In this document: positions 7,959 to 16,920 of the stretch, one piece after another
Layout of the letters: each line of letters opens with the position of its first letter
Numbering within the stretch: the stretch's first letter is position 1
DNA from: a virus
DNA: 48,897 bases
Virus record (IMG/VR): IMGVR_UViG_3300011430_000004
Span: 1 to 48,897 of that record
Strand: one strand, 5' to 3'
Program-made: the position numbers and the translations under genes
The notes under the pieces: model-generated
What the model was told of the DNA's origin: nothing
Databases searched by the model: none
What the model saw: only the letters and a program-made list of their open reading frames with translations

Positions 7959-8816
7959 TTATCCACCGCCATAAATTATTATACCCACGGCTGTTGTCCC
8001 TGCTCCTGCAATCCGACACCACACTTTGTCTCCACTGGAAGTTGGATAGGCTATCGCCGGACCATAGTGGCCCAACACTTCAGAGGAGCCCTCATCCGAT
8101 TGAGCAAACCCCATACTTGTAACTGCGCCTGAGTTAGGCCCAACTCCAATCTCAATCAAGTTGGTTGTTGCACCCACGTTTGTATTTCCTAGTAGATCCA
8201 TTCCGACTTGCCAGAGCTTGTGATTTTGTGCCGTGGTTCCTATTTCAGTCCATGCCCCAAAGGCTCCGCTCGCTGGAGTGACTGAAGTGCCGCGTGAACT
8301 AGCAGCGTTCACACCGTAAGCAACCCAACTGTTTTCTACCACGCCAACATATCGAGACCTAGATTCGGTGAAGACAACCACACCCACGCTATCATTGTTG
8401 ACGGTGGTTTGTGATCTAGCTTTAATGGCATTGCCGGCGGGGATGTTTAATCCGGGGAAGTAAAACGCTTTACCACCACCCGCCGCTGTGCTTGCTCCAC
8501 CAATAGCATTGATAGCCGCTTGCCCTGCATTAATATCAGGAATGACAATTGTGTCTCCCGCGCCATAGGCTATATCAACCAACAAACCTGTATCGGTAGC
8601 GGCGACGACTACCGTGTGCACAATCACTAACAAACCGAACACGTCATAAGCAGGAGTCATTAAAGTAGCATAAGCACCTTTGGTATGTGTGCCTGCTGCA
8701 TTTGTGACCGTGGTTCCGTTTCTTGCTGTAGCGGTAAGGTTAGTTTCCGCCGATCCCGCAGCTTGCAACACTGCAAGTTGGGTGGCTATCAGCTTTCCTT
8801 TTGCGTAGCCGTGCAT
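7959..8816 (-). CDS. putative distal tail fibre / receptor-binding protein (285 aa)
   Basis: Gly/Ala/Thr-rich beta-type sequence with an apparent internal two-fold repeat. It directly follows the fibre-like genes. Confidence 0.4.
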   Translation of the reverse strand: MHGYAKGKLIATQLAVLQAAGSAETNLTATARNGTTVTNAAGTHTKGAYATLMTPAYDVFGLLVIVHTVVVAATDTGLLVDIAYGAGDTIVIPDINAGQAAINAIGGASTAAGGGKAFYFPGLNIPAGNAIKARSQTTVNNDSVGVVVFTESRSRYVGVVENSWVAYGVNAASSRGTSVTPASGAFGAWTEIGTTAQNHKLWQVGMDLLGNTNVGATTNLIEIGVGPNSGAVTSMGFAQSDEGSSEVLGHYGPAIAYPTSSGDKVWCRIAGAGTTAVGIIIYGGG

Positions 8817-9146
8817 TTACGCAATCTCCGATCTGTAAAGCGACCAACTGACATTGCCAAGTAGATCGTACACACTCACGATGGTATCCTCGTTCAAGGT
8901 TGCGCCTGCTAAGCATTCAAAGGTATCATTGCCGGGTAATGGCAAATCGTAGTAATTGTAATGTTTGTTATCAATTGCGGCCCCGGCTATTCGCACTGCC
9001 ACCCGTATCGTCGTGGGAGTGCCGCTTCTGTTGCAGGCAATTAGTTTGCTCACCACTGCTTGTGTGTTGGAGGGCACCGTGTATAAAGTTTCCAATGTCG
9101 CTGCTGCTGAATCAAGTTGTACTGGGTCAGGATAAGTTGTTGCCAT
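8817..9146 (-). CDS. hypothetical small structural protein (109 aa)
   Basis: Abuts both neighbours with no gap, within the fibre cluster. Confidence 0.5.
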   Translation of the reverse strand: MATTYPDPVQLDSAAATLETLYTVPSNTQAVVSKLIACNRSGTPTTIRVAVRIAGAAIDNKHYNYYDLPLPGNDTFECLAGATLNEDTIVSVYDLLGNVSWSLYRSEIA

Positions 9147-10073
9147 TTATGCTCCTAGTAAAAGGAAGGGATGAAAAGTTGCTCCACCGCTTCCACCGCC
9201 ATCCGTGAGCCGTTCCGCTAATTGGTCCAGCGCCTCTTGCACGTCACCGGGGTCCGCTCCTCCGTCCCAATCGGTTACTTCTGCTGGCGTAAAGGTTACA
9301 TCCTCTGCATCTACTAAGCCGCCAGCACCGACCGTTGTCCAAGACAAACCACCCGATCCATCTGTTACAAGAATATCATCCGCGTCACCGTCATTATTCG
9401 GTAACGTGTAAGTGACATTACCGGCTAGGGCCGGGACAAGGAATTCAATATAGTTTGTGCCGGACCCCGAGGGCTCCATCATTCGAAGCCTGCTGCCCGT
9501 TGCACCGCCACCGATGATGATGTTTCCGCCTTCATCAGCGATGAATATGTCACCCTTCGTAGCGTTTGACGTGCTTCGCAGCGTCAAATCGTCACCGGAC
9601 CCCGTGCCACCTTTCACAATCTGTCCGCCTGATCGACCGACTAATAGGAGGTACTGCGCGTGATCGTCGTCGGTCAGTCCGCCGATAGAGCCGTGGTCTA
9701 GCGTGGACTGCGCCCGCCAACTTGCGTCTGTTCCGTCGCTACCAAGGTAAGTGCCCGCACCGCCTATGGTCAGTTCGTCCCACTTTGGCGTGCTGTTGCC
9801 GTAGATTAAACTTCCTCGTGAAACAGCATCCGCAACTGTGTCCGAATGCTCCGAAGCATTCAATAAGGTGTGAGGAACAACGAACCCGCTTGTTGCATTG
9901 GTGCAGAATTCATCACCGTCTTCATCCTTAAAACAGAATACACTCTCGCCGGACCCATTGTCTTTGACGTAAAAGCGAAGGGTGTTAGGGCGAACCCGTG
10001 AAGGGGCGGTGACTTCTGCCGCTTCAACGTAGCTCATGAGCGTAATTCGCTCTAGTCCAAGATGAATTGCCAT
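9147..10073 (-). CDS. tail fibre-like protein (308 aa)
   Basis: Segment LTDDDHAQYLLLVGRSGGQIVKGGTGSGDDLTLRSTSNATKGDIFI resembles a motif recalled from many phage fibre proteins. Gly-rich beta repeats. Confidence 0.5.
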   Translation of the reverse strand: MAIHLGLERITLMSYVEAAEVTAPSRVRPNTLRFYVKDNGSGESVFCFKDEDGDEFCTNATSGFVVPHTLLNASEHSDTVADAVSRGSLIYGNSTPKWDELTIGGAGTYLGSDGTDASWRAQSTLDHGSIGGLTDDDHAQYLLLVGRSGGQIVKGGTGSGDDLTLRSTSNATKGDIFIADEGGNIIIGGGATGSRLRMMEPSGSGTNYIEFLVPALAGNVTYTLPNNDGDADDILVTDGSGGLSWTTVGAGGLVDAEDVTFTPAEVTDWDGGADPGDVQEALDQLAERLTDGGGSGGATFHPFLLLGA

Positions 10074-10492
10074 TAGTTTTTAAGATGCTCTTTCAATGCG
10101 AGCAATGCTTCCTCGGGATTACTTGCGCTTGCTACCCACAAATCTTTTATGAGGCGCAACGCCTCCGCCTGGCCGTGTTTACCTTTGAGCTTGGCATAAG
10201 CGTTCGTCACAATGCGTCGAGCTTCGCAGTTCGAACAGCCCGTCTTGCCAAGAAGTTTAGCCACGGGTTTCGCTAGGGCCTTTATCCAATCGCCCTTCCC
10301 TTCCCCGATCTCCGCGTTAAGCTCGCCTGCAAGGATCATAAAGGTGTTGGGTAGACGGGGCTTCTCGCCTTCCTTGAGCCCACAATTGACGTTGATACCC
10401 ACAATCTTTTCACCGGGAAGCTTCTCGAATGGAACATTCTCCGGAATCTCACGTTTATTACCTTCGATATCTTTTAGAATTACACAAGCCAA
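10073..10492 (-). CDS. hypothetical protein (139 aa)
   Basis: Clean ORF. Its stop overlaps the start of the next gene by 1 nt. Confidence 0.55.
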   Translation of the reverse strand: MACVILKDIEGNKREIPENVPFEKLPGEKIVGINVNCGLKEGEKPRLPNTFMILAGELNAEIGEGKGDWIKALAKPVAKLLGKTGCSNCEARRIVTNAYAKLKGKHGQAEALRLIKDLWVASASNPEEALLALKEHLKN

Positions 10493-10506
10493 TGTTTTCT
10501 CTCTCC

Positions 10507-11910
10507 TTAACCGTTGGGTGTGTCAGTGACCGCCACAAACGCTGCGGACGTGCCTCTAAAATCTGTGGCCGTCACCACGGCCCCGTCCTTAAATTCAAGT
10601 TCGCAAGGTGCGCAACCGTCAGCGATCATGTCCCCATCCCTTGTGTCGCAAATACAAGAAGTGTAGGCTTCCGAGCATGGGTCCGCTATCGGCAAATCTA
10701 TGCATAATAATTCAATTCGTTCGAAAAGAGGCGAGGGGCCGTCCGCTATGTTACAAGACCAAGTAGCATCGCAACATGCCAAAGCATTCCCGACCGCACA
10801 CCCGGACAGGGCTTCTTCATCACAACCCCAACTCTCAAAGGTGCAAAGCGTGGTGCAAGGGCTGGTTACACAGTTGGTACAATACTTTCGGGTCTTAACA
10901 TACGCAATGCCCGGTACGTCACCGTTATTAGAAGGCTTACATAGCTGGAATACTCTGTTCTTGGTGGTGATACTAGTGCCAGTCTGACCGCCACCCTTAA
11001 GGATTCCTGCCGTTGTTTCGATTGTGAAGGGTCCCCACCCCCCACAAATCTTCATCGTCACGCAACCGGACTCACTTGCACACGGGTCGCATTCGCCGCT
11101 AGGGTCGCAACACTGAATCGACAATTCCCCCGTGGGCGGACAAGGGCAATTCCCGTTGCCTCCCGGCCCTCCACCACCACCCGGTAAGTTAGGTATGGGG
11201 CCTGGACTCGTTGTGCCCCCTGATCCCCCGCTCCGGGGGCCGGTGATACGTCCGAAGTGGCAGTCGTCCCCGTGGTTGTCGCATTCGTTAGGCCATCCAC
11301 AAATTCCAACTGTGGTGGCGGATGGAACAACAAACTCCGTAGGCGGACACACACCACCGCACCCAATGATCGTAATCGAAGTGATATCGACGGTGGTGAT
11401 AATCAGAAACGCTTTACAGTTCTTCGAGCAATCGAGCACCACCTTGCCGTCTTCCGCACAGATAATGCACTGATCTTCATAGGCCGGTTGACCGTTGCCT
11501 TGGAAAGCCGTGGACCGAAGATTCTGTCCGTAGTTGAGGGCGACCACTTCACCCATGATGTTTAGGAATTCAGGATTGTTTTCCTGAGTAAATGAAGGGA
11601 TACCGGGGGTTGGAGCAAGCTTGGTTAAGTCCGGACATTCGTGCGTCCAAGTGGCGAATTCATCGGTCCGCGTGGCCCCGCCGTCTTGGCTTAGCTCATA
11701 CCAATACTTCGTGCCGCCGACTAAACCTTCGATATCCGTATCCTGATAAATCCCAACGCCAGCAGCGATAGCAGTTATCAAAGAGAAGTCTACACCGTTT
11801 GTTGATCGGTAAATCAACACGGGGTCCGCACTGGCAGGAACATCCGTCCAACGAACTGTGATATCTGTGGTGGACGTGGACTCTGCCCGCGCATCTGTGG
11901 GCACTGCCAT
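10507..11910 (-). CDS. FN3-domain, cysteine-rich fibre/receptor-binding candidate (467 aa from MAVPTDARAE)
   Basis: N-terminal fibronectin-III-like segment (DITVRWTD...IYRSTNG...TKYWYELS), then a 10-Cys module, a Gly/Pro linker and a further Cys-dense C-terminal half (34 Cys in total). Start moved to ATG 11908..11910, which overlaps the upstream stop. Confidence 0.6.
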   Translation of the reverse strand: MAVPTDARAESTSTTDITVRWTDVPASADPVLIYRSTNGVDFSLITAIAAGVGIYQDTDIEGLVGGTKYWYELSQDGGATRTDEFATWTHECPDLTKLAPTPGIPSFTQENNPEFLNIMGEVVALNYGQNLRSTAFQGNGQPAYEDQCIICAEDGKVVLDCSKNCKAFLIITTVDITSITIIGCGGVCPPTEFVVPSATTVGICGWPNECDNHGDDCHFGRITGPRSGGSGGTTSPGPIPNLPGGGGGPGGNGNCPCPPTGELSIQCCDPSGECDPCASESGCVTMKICGGWGPFTIETTAGILKGGGQTGTSITTKNRVFQLCKPSNNGDVPGIAYVKTRKYCTNCVTSPCTTLCTFESWGCDEEALSGCAVGNALACCDATWSCNIADGPSPLFERIELLCIDLPIADPCSEAYTSCICDTRDGDMIADGCAPCELEFKDGAVVTATDFRGTSAAFVAVTDTPNG

Positions 11911-12611
11911 TAGGGAAGCTCCTCGACCGCCTGGCCGTTCGTCTTTATAACCTGGCCGTTCGATCCGCCTGCTACACGGCCATAAAAACAATCATCGCCC
12001 TGATTATCGCATTCCAGAGGCCACCCGCATATTCCGATATCCGCAGCAGCAGCGATCTCAAAATCTATTGGAGGGCAGACACCGGCACACCCTATCAGCG
12101 TAATGCTATTTATGTCCGCAGTGACGACCACCAAGAATGATCCGCACCCTGCGGAGCAATCAAGCACCAATTCTCCGTCAGCACCCGGACAGGCTACGCA
12201 CTGATCGAAGGGAGAAGGCGAGTAGCCGCCAATGAACACAACACGGTTGTTATTTGCCTGCACCTGCTCCGCTATGGAGTTTAGCCGCTCTGCCGTGTCC
12301 CCTTCATCAAAATGAGGGATAGCTTGACGCCTTAGTGTTAGGTCCGGACAGGTCTGTGTTACAACGGTGACAGCGGAAGAAAAGGTTGACCCATTGTCAT
12401 TTGTGACCTTGTACCAATACTTAACCCCGGCTGTGATATCCTGGTCCGTGTAAAGCTGCACACCGAGAGCAACATCCGCCGCGATCTCTGCATAACTAGA
12501 GCCGTCCGTGGACCGATAAACATCATTCGAAGCGCCGCCGTTATCCGTCCACCGAACAACATTAGCGTCCGATTGTGTGGATTCTACACGCGGATTAGTC
12601 GGAGCCGCCAT
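11910..12611 (-). CDS. FN3-domain, cysteine-rich protein, short paralogue of 10507..11910 (233 aa)
   Basis: Same FN3 segment (NVVRWTD...VYRSTDG...VKYWYKVT) and the same 10-Cys module (CVACPGADGELVLDCSAGC...IGCAGVCPP...ICGWPLECDNQGDDC). Confidence 0.6.
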   Translation of the reverse strand: MAAPTNPRVESTQSDANVVRWTDNGGASNDVYRSTDGSSYAEIAADVALGVQLYTDQDITAGVKYWYKVTNDNGSTFSSAVTVVTQTCPDLTLRRQAIPHFDEGDTAERLNSIAEQVQANNNRVVFIGGYSPSPFDQCVACPGADGELVLDCSAGCGSFLVVVTADINSITLIGCAGVCPPIDFEIAAAADIGICGWPLECDNQGDDCFYGRVAGGSNGQVIKTNGQAVEELP

Positions 12612-14126
12612 TTAGCCCACCTTGTTGACGTTAGTGGACGCGCTTTGTAACCGATAGGCTCCTGCGGGCTCATAGAGAATATCAACCGGGGGCATCCACT
12701 CTGTAAACGTGCTTGCTCGGTCGTGAAAGAATTCAACCTTGACTTTGAAAAGGTCCCCGAGCAAAGGGAAGTTGGGCCGGTATAGGATCTCCGTAAAATC
12801 ACCGCCGTCATTCTGCCCTTTCAATTCGAAGAACTTTCGAAAGAGATAGCGGGCCTTGCCATCAACAGCCACGGACACCGCCACCCTACCCCCGAGCTTG
12901 CGTCGAAAGCGAAGGCCGACGCCTGTTAGGTATTTGTCTCCGGGTTCCTCGCAGTCCGTCCAGTCGATAGCGTAATAACGACTCACCGCCGTGCCGTTGT
13001 CGTCCGTGGACCCTTCGTCGTCCAGCTTATAAACATCCGTGTTGTCGCAGGCTAAGAGCTTTTGTGCTGTTACGTCGTCGTCGTCTTGGTAATAAATTGC
13101 ATGATCGAAATGGTGTCCGTCATAGGCCAGGTCCGTAAACTCGCCCGTCTCGACATTAACAATCAACCGGCCACGGTTGAACGTATCGCTTGCGCTGGTC
13201 GGATAGAAAAGAGTGTAGGTGCTGTCCTTCGGAGAGCCGACGCCCACACATTGATGGGCTGAAGCCTGATACATCACTCTATCAAGGTGGTGTTGAAACT
13301 TGGCCGGAAGTTCTTTCACGGTCTCGCCGTCGCAAAACACAATCCGGAAAGCTCCGTTTAAAAAAGCGTGTCCTATACTACCAATCTTAGCCAGGCTGGC
13401 CTTGGCCCCGATCCCCTGCGAATAGCGCAAGCGTTTTTGAGAGAAGCGAAGCTGTCCGCCGATGAACCGCACCCTGATAATATCATCGGTCTTGTAGACC
13501 ATGACATTATCGCCCAGGTCATCACCGATGATTACATAACCCTTCGTTTCATCGAAGCGTAATTCGTTACCACCGCACCCGGACCAATCGACGTCAAAAT
13601 CATCCGAGTAGACACCCTCGTATTCATCCCATGCGGACCCATCGTCCGAGGTATGGAACAAGAAGAGGAAGCCCCAATTTTGAGCAATGCTTTTGCAGTA
13701 GGGCGGTGTGCCGCCGACAGCGGAGATGTTTCCCGAGCCGGACCACTTGTAAGGCCGAACAACGGTGTTCGTGAAAACGAAATACTCCTTATGCACAACG
13801 CTTTGGGGAATCATCGTAGCCGTGCCCGACAAGGTTGCGGCCCCGGTGATGTTCGACCACGCCGCCGCGCCCGGAGCCATCTTCTCGACACGATTCGGAG
13901 TGATCCGCATGTAGTTATCGAACCACGTGCTCAAGTGGCGAATAGGGGTGTCCGCCGCGTCAGTGGCCGTCTCTAGGACGGACAAGCCCGCACGTCCCCA
14001 CACCCGATTGTAGCGAACGTAAACGTTCTTCAAGTCGCGGGTGTATTCACGTTGCGTGATATCGGAGTAGTCGTGTAGACCTTTGAACTCCGTTATTCTG
14101 TGAATCTTCTCAGCCACTATTGCCAC
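12612..14126 (-). CDS. large virion structural protein (504 aa), possible tail hub/tubular protein
   Basis: Size and position between the adaptor-like genes and the fibres. Beta-rich sequence, no secure family. Confidence 0.4.
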   Translation of the reverse strand: MAIVAEKIHRITEFKGLHDYSDITQREYTRDLKNVYVRYNRVWGRAGLSVLETATDAADTPIRHLSTWFDNYMRITPNRVEKMAPGAAAWSNITGAATLSGTATMIPQSVVHKEYFVFTNTVVRPYKWSGSGNISAVGGTPPYCKSIAQNWGFLFLFHTSDDGSAWDEYEGVYSDDFDVDWSGCGGNELRFDETKGYVIIGDDLGDNVMVYKTDDIIRVRFIGGQLRFSQKRLRYSQGIGAKASLAKIGSIGHAFLNGAFRIVFCDGETVKELPAKFQHHLDRVMYQASAHQCVGVGSPKDSTYTLFYPTSASDTFNRGRLIVNVETGEFTDLAYDGHHFDHAIYYQDDDDVTAQKLLACDNTDVYKLDDEGSTDDNGTAVSRYYAIDWTDCEEPGDKYLTGVGLRFRRKLGGRVAVSVAVDGKARYLFRKFFELKGQNDGGDFTEILYRPNFPLLGDLFKVKVEFFHDRASTFTEWMPPVDILYEPAGAYRLQSASTNVNKVG

Positions 14127-14533
14127 ACTCCGGTAATGAACTGTTGCGCGATCCGTTTAGCCCGTCCGTGAACTTGCGACGCCCACACACTATTAAGCGC
14201 ATGGCGGGCCGCATCTTCCCATCTACCCTCTTTGAGAGCCGGTAGCATGGACTGGAATTGTAAAAGCTTGGGGCCGAGGTTGAAATACATATTCAGCAAA
14301 GCCCCTAACCTAGCTTCGTCAAGTTCAATTGCCCAAGGTAACGCTTTAACAAGATCCCTAAAATGATCGTCGTAATCTTCTTCAAAAAGAAAATCGATTG
14401 CCTTATTCGATAGAGGACGTTGCATATTCCGACCGATCCCGATTGTAGGAATGCCCAAGCTATCGTTATAAAGCTTCTCCTTGCGACCTTCGTCACGCTC
14501 AAGCTGTTTTTTTACACGATCAAAAAAACTCAT
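14117..14533 (-). CDS. T4-type lysozyme (glycoside hydrolase family 24) endolysin
   Basis: LERDEGRKEKLYNDSLGIPTIGIG reproduces the T4 lysozyme catalytic spacing E-(x8)-D-(x5)-T (compare T4 [21 protein letters not shown]). Confidence 0.85.
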   Translation of the reverse strand: MSFFDRVKKQLERDEGRKEKLYNDSLGIPTIGIGRNMQRPLSNKAIDFLFEEDYDDHFRDLVKALPWAIELDEARLGALLNMYFNLGPKLLQFQSMLPALKEGRWEDAARHALNSVWASQVHGRAKRIAQQFITGVWQ

Positions 14534-14850
14534 GCGTTCACCGATTTGTTTCTCACCCGTATTTCAGCAATCTTGTAAGGTGTCTGTGTTGCGCTTGTCA
14601 TTGTGACCTTGCACACGAGCCGGTAATCCATTCCGATAGAATCATCCCCGATAGCGGCAAGAGTGACTATCACCGTCGCGCCGCTGATCGATGAAGTTGT
14701 CACACCCGTGGAAGACATTTCGTTGTCTGCCGAATCGAACATGGTGATTGTCTTCGTCGCGACACTATCACCGGACGGCACTTCGTTCGTGAAATCAAAA
14801 GTGTACTTCGCGACTTCTGCCGAATGTTTTACTAGGTATCCGTCAATCAT
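14530..14850 (-). CDS. small beta-rich structural protein (106 aa)
   Basis: Start/stop overlaps with both neighbours. Ser/Thr-rich. Confidence 0.5.
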   Translation of the reverse strand: MIDGYLVKHSAEVAKYTFDFTNEVPSGDSVATKTITMFDSADNEMSSTGVTTSSISGATVIVTLAAIGDDSIGMDYRLVCKVTMTSATQTPYKIAEIRVRNKSVNA

Positions 14851-15542
14851 TGTCCTACCTGTGCCTGAAGGATCTTAGCCGCTTCGCTTGCGCTCATCTG
14901 ATTTGCGGGCTCTCCTAGACGCTTGTTCGTGAAGTCCTTCGCCTTCTCTATTTCGTCGTCTCGCATCTTCAACCAGAAAGCCGCGTCCTCTTTGTTCTTC
15001 GTAACAAGTGGCACAAGCACCGACAACGCCGCTGCAATAATCATCATAGGCCAGCGGGTGAAAAGCTCGTCGGTGTCAGTGATATCACTGGCGTTCGTGG
15101 TCCAGCCGAAATAGAAGAACTGAAGGTCATAGACCTGGTCCGGAGTGGGGTAGCAAAAGAAAGTGGTGTTCTCAATCGACGCTGCTTCGGGCCGTCCTTC
15201 ATCGTCGGACTGTGCCACGTCCATCGCGTCAGAATGAGAACCAATGGGAAGCTTGTACCACTCAACGTCCGAATCATCGGACGCGCTTTCCGCCTTCATG
15301 AAAGCATAACGGTGGATCTTAAAATCGGACAAGTCGAACCCGTTGCCCGAAGCGGTGGTGATAGAATATTCCTGCACGTCTTCGAAAAGGTTTAGCGCGA
15401 TCTTCTGCGCCATCCAATAGTAATTACCTAATCGCTCGATCTCTCTCCGCCCTTCGTCCATCGCGAAGCGAAGGAGAAGAGGATCAACGTCCGGCTTGCC
15501 ACAAAGCGAACGGGTTATGTCCATTGCTTCAGAAATTGTCAT
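14847..15542 (-). CDS. head-tail adaptor/connector-like protein (231 aa)
   Basis: Position downstream of the head genes, plus a general pattern recalled from podovirus adaptor proteins. Weak assignment. Confidence 0.35.
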   Translation of the reverse strand: MTISEAMDITRSLCGKPDVDPLLLRFAMDEGRREIERLGNYYWMAQKIALNLFEDVQEYSITTASGNGFDLSDFKIHRYAFMKAESASDDSDVEWYKLPIGSHSDAMDVAQSDDEGRPEAASIENTTFFCYPTPDQVYDLQFFYFGWTTNASDITDTDELFTRWPMMIIAAALSVLVPLVTKNKEDAAFWLKMRDDEIEKAKDFTNKRLGEPANQMSASEAAKILQAQVGQ

Positions 15543-16462
15543 TAGAAATACCGCGCCTTATTGTGATAGTCGGTTGACTTAACGATCTTAGTTGGAAAGA
15601 GCTTAGTCGTGGCGATCTCTAGTTGCTTCAAAAACCGTTGGAAGTTTTCGTCACTGACGCGAAACTCTTCGCCCGACGCCAACGTGATGCAGAGCCGCCA
15701 GAGCAAATAAGACGCCCATCCCGCAGGAAGATCCGGGTCATCGTCCGGTCCGTCGAAATCATACAAGGGCCGCTTGAACTGCAAACGAATTGATCGGCCC
15801 GTGGTGTAGTCCGTAGCCGTAACCCATGTTGCGCCCGTGGTCCCGGTCCGCTGCCAGAACAACGGCCAGTCCTGTCCGGTGACAGGCCGAGTCTGTGCGC
15901 TGGAGGTATGGGGAAAAATACAATCGTAGTATTCCCCATCGGTGCCCGTTACCTCCGAAACAGTCCCGAACGTTTCCCCTGCACTAACGCTAGACACAGA
16001 AGGGATAGGCCATACAAATAATTTTTGACTCGGTAGAGAAATGGCTTTTTCAAGATAAACTCCTTGGGGGTCCCCCGTCTCATTCTTTGGAGTGAGCCGC
16101 TCCCATTCGCGAGGGGAATAAATTCCTATGGGAGTGTCCGCGCCGGTCGTATCCCTTAAAAAGGCGTGCATCAACTCCATGAGGTTTTCGGGGATACCGT
16201 CCGGCAAATCATCATCGGCGGTGTAAATCCGGTGATCTGCCTCTAAAAAAATATGGCGGGAAGACAAAGCCCAAAGAGCCGCCTTCTCGCCAGTTAAATC
16301 GTTATCTTCTTCGCGAAGGATATCGTTCAGGTCGTTAATTCCGCCACGCATTAAGCTAAGGGAAGCCGCTTCCCCGAGCTTCACCGCTCCGACACGCCGC
16401 AACGCGGCCTCGACAATGGCGTTCCTTTTTCGCAAGTGATTCGCAGTCGTTCCAACACTCAT
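15542..16462 (-). CDS. head-tail adaptor-like protein (306 aa)
   Basis: Position, and an end pattern (...DLPAGWASYLLWRLCITLA...) similar to adaptor proteins as recalled. Weak assignment. Confidence 0.35.
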   Translation of the reverse strand: MSVGTTANHLRKRNAIVEAALRRVGAVKLGEAASLSLMRGGINDLNDILREEDNDLTGEKAALWALSSRHIFLEADHRIYTADDDLPDGIPENLMELMHAFLRDTTGADTPIGIYSPREWERLTPKNETGDPQGVYLEKAISLPSQKLFVWPIPSVSSVSAGETFGTVSEVTGTDGEYYDCIFPHTSSAQTRPVTGQDWPLFWQRTGTTGATWVTATDYTTGRSIRLQFKRPLYDFDGPDDDPDLPAGWASYLLWRLCITLASGEEFRVSDENFQRFLKQLEIATTKLFPTKIVKSTDYHNKARYF

Positions 16463-16541
16463 TAGTTACCTACAGTAGGGACAAGGAACATCGGCCCTAT
16501 GAAGCCGGTGACATTTTGAACAAACAACAATCATCCCCATG

Positions 16542-16859
16542 TTAGGAAATGGGGTCCGAAGCAACGAGCACATGATCGTTAGGGGTCCAGTTGGTTGCCG
16601 TGATCGTTTGTGTGATCGGCACAGTGACAGCCGCTACAAGCTTGATGGTGGCATTTGCTGTCCAAAACGAAGCCCGACCATCTTTCAAAGTGAGAGGGCT
16701 GGTAAGGGAGTTGCCCCCGTCACGGTCTGCAAAAAGAGTGACAGCGCCGTCTGAAGTGTTGGTCACTGTGAGAGTGCCCGCGTCGTCGTCAATAGGAGCC
16801 ATGCCGCGCCGTAGCGAAAGCACTTGAACGTCATACCTATAAAGTCCACTAATCGCCAT
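16542..16859 (-). CDS. small Thr-rich structural protein (105 aa)
   Basis: Clean ORF immediately downstream of the sugar module. Very Thr-rich (TLTVTNTSDGAVT...VTVPITQTITATNWT). Confidence 0.5.
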   Translation of the reverse strand: MAISGLYRYDVQVLSLRRGMAPIDDDAGTLTVTNTSDGAVTLFADRDGGNSLTSPLTLKDGRASFWTANATIKLVAAVTVPITQTITATNWTPNDHVLVASDPIS

Positions 16860-16920
16860 TTTCTAAATTCTCCTTTTAATAATTAGGGGGTGGGACAGGG
16901 CTTAGGCGGCATGATACCGC

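Noticed and set aside
10507-12611. Diversity-generating retroelement (template/variable repeat) explanation for the two similar fibre genes
   Set aside because: There is no reverse transcriptase anywhere in the genome. The two copies differ throughout at the DNA level rather than at adenine-specific positions, and both are full coding paralogues.
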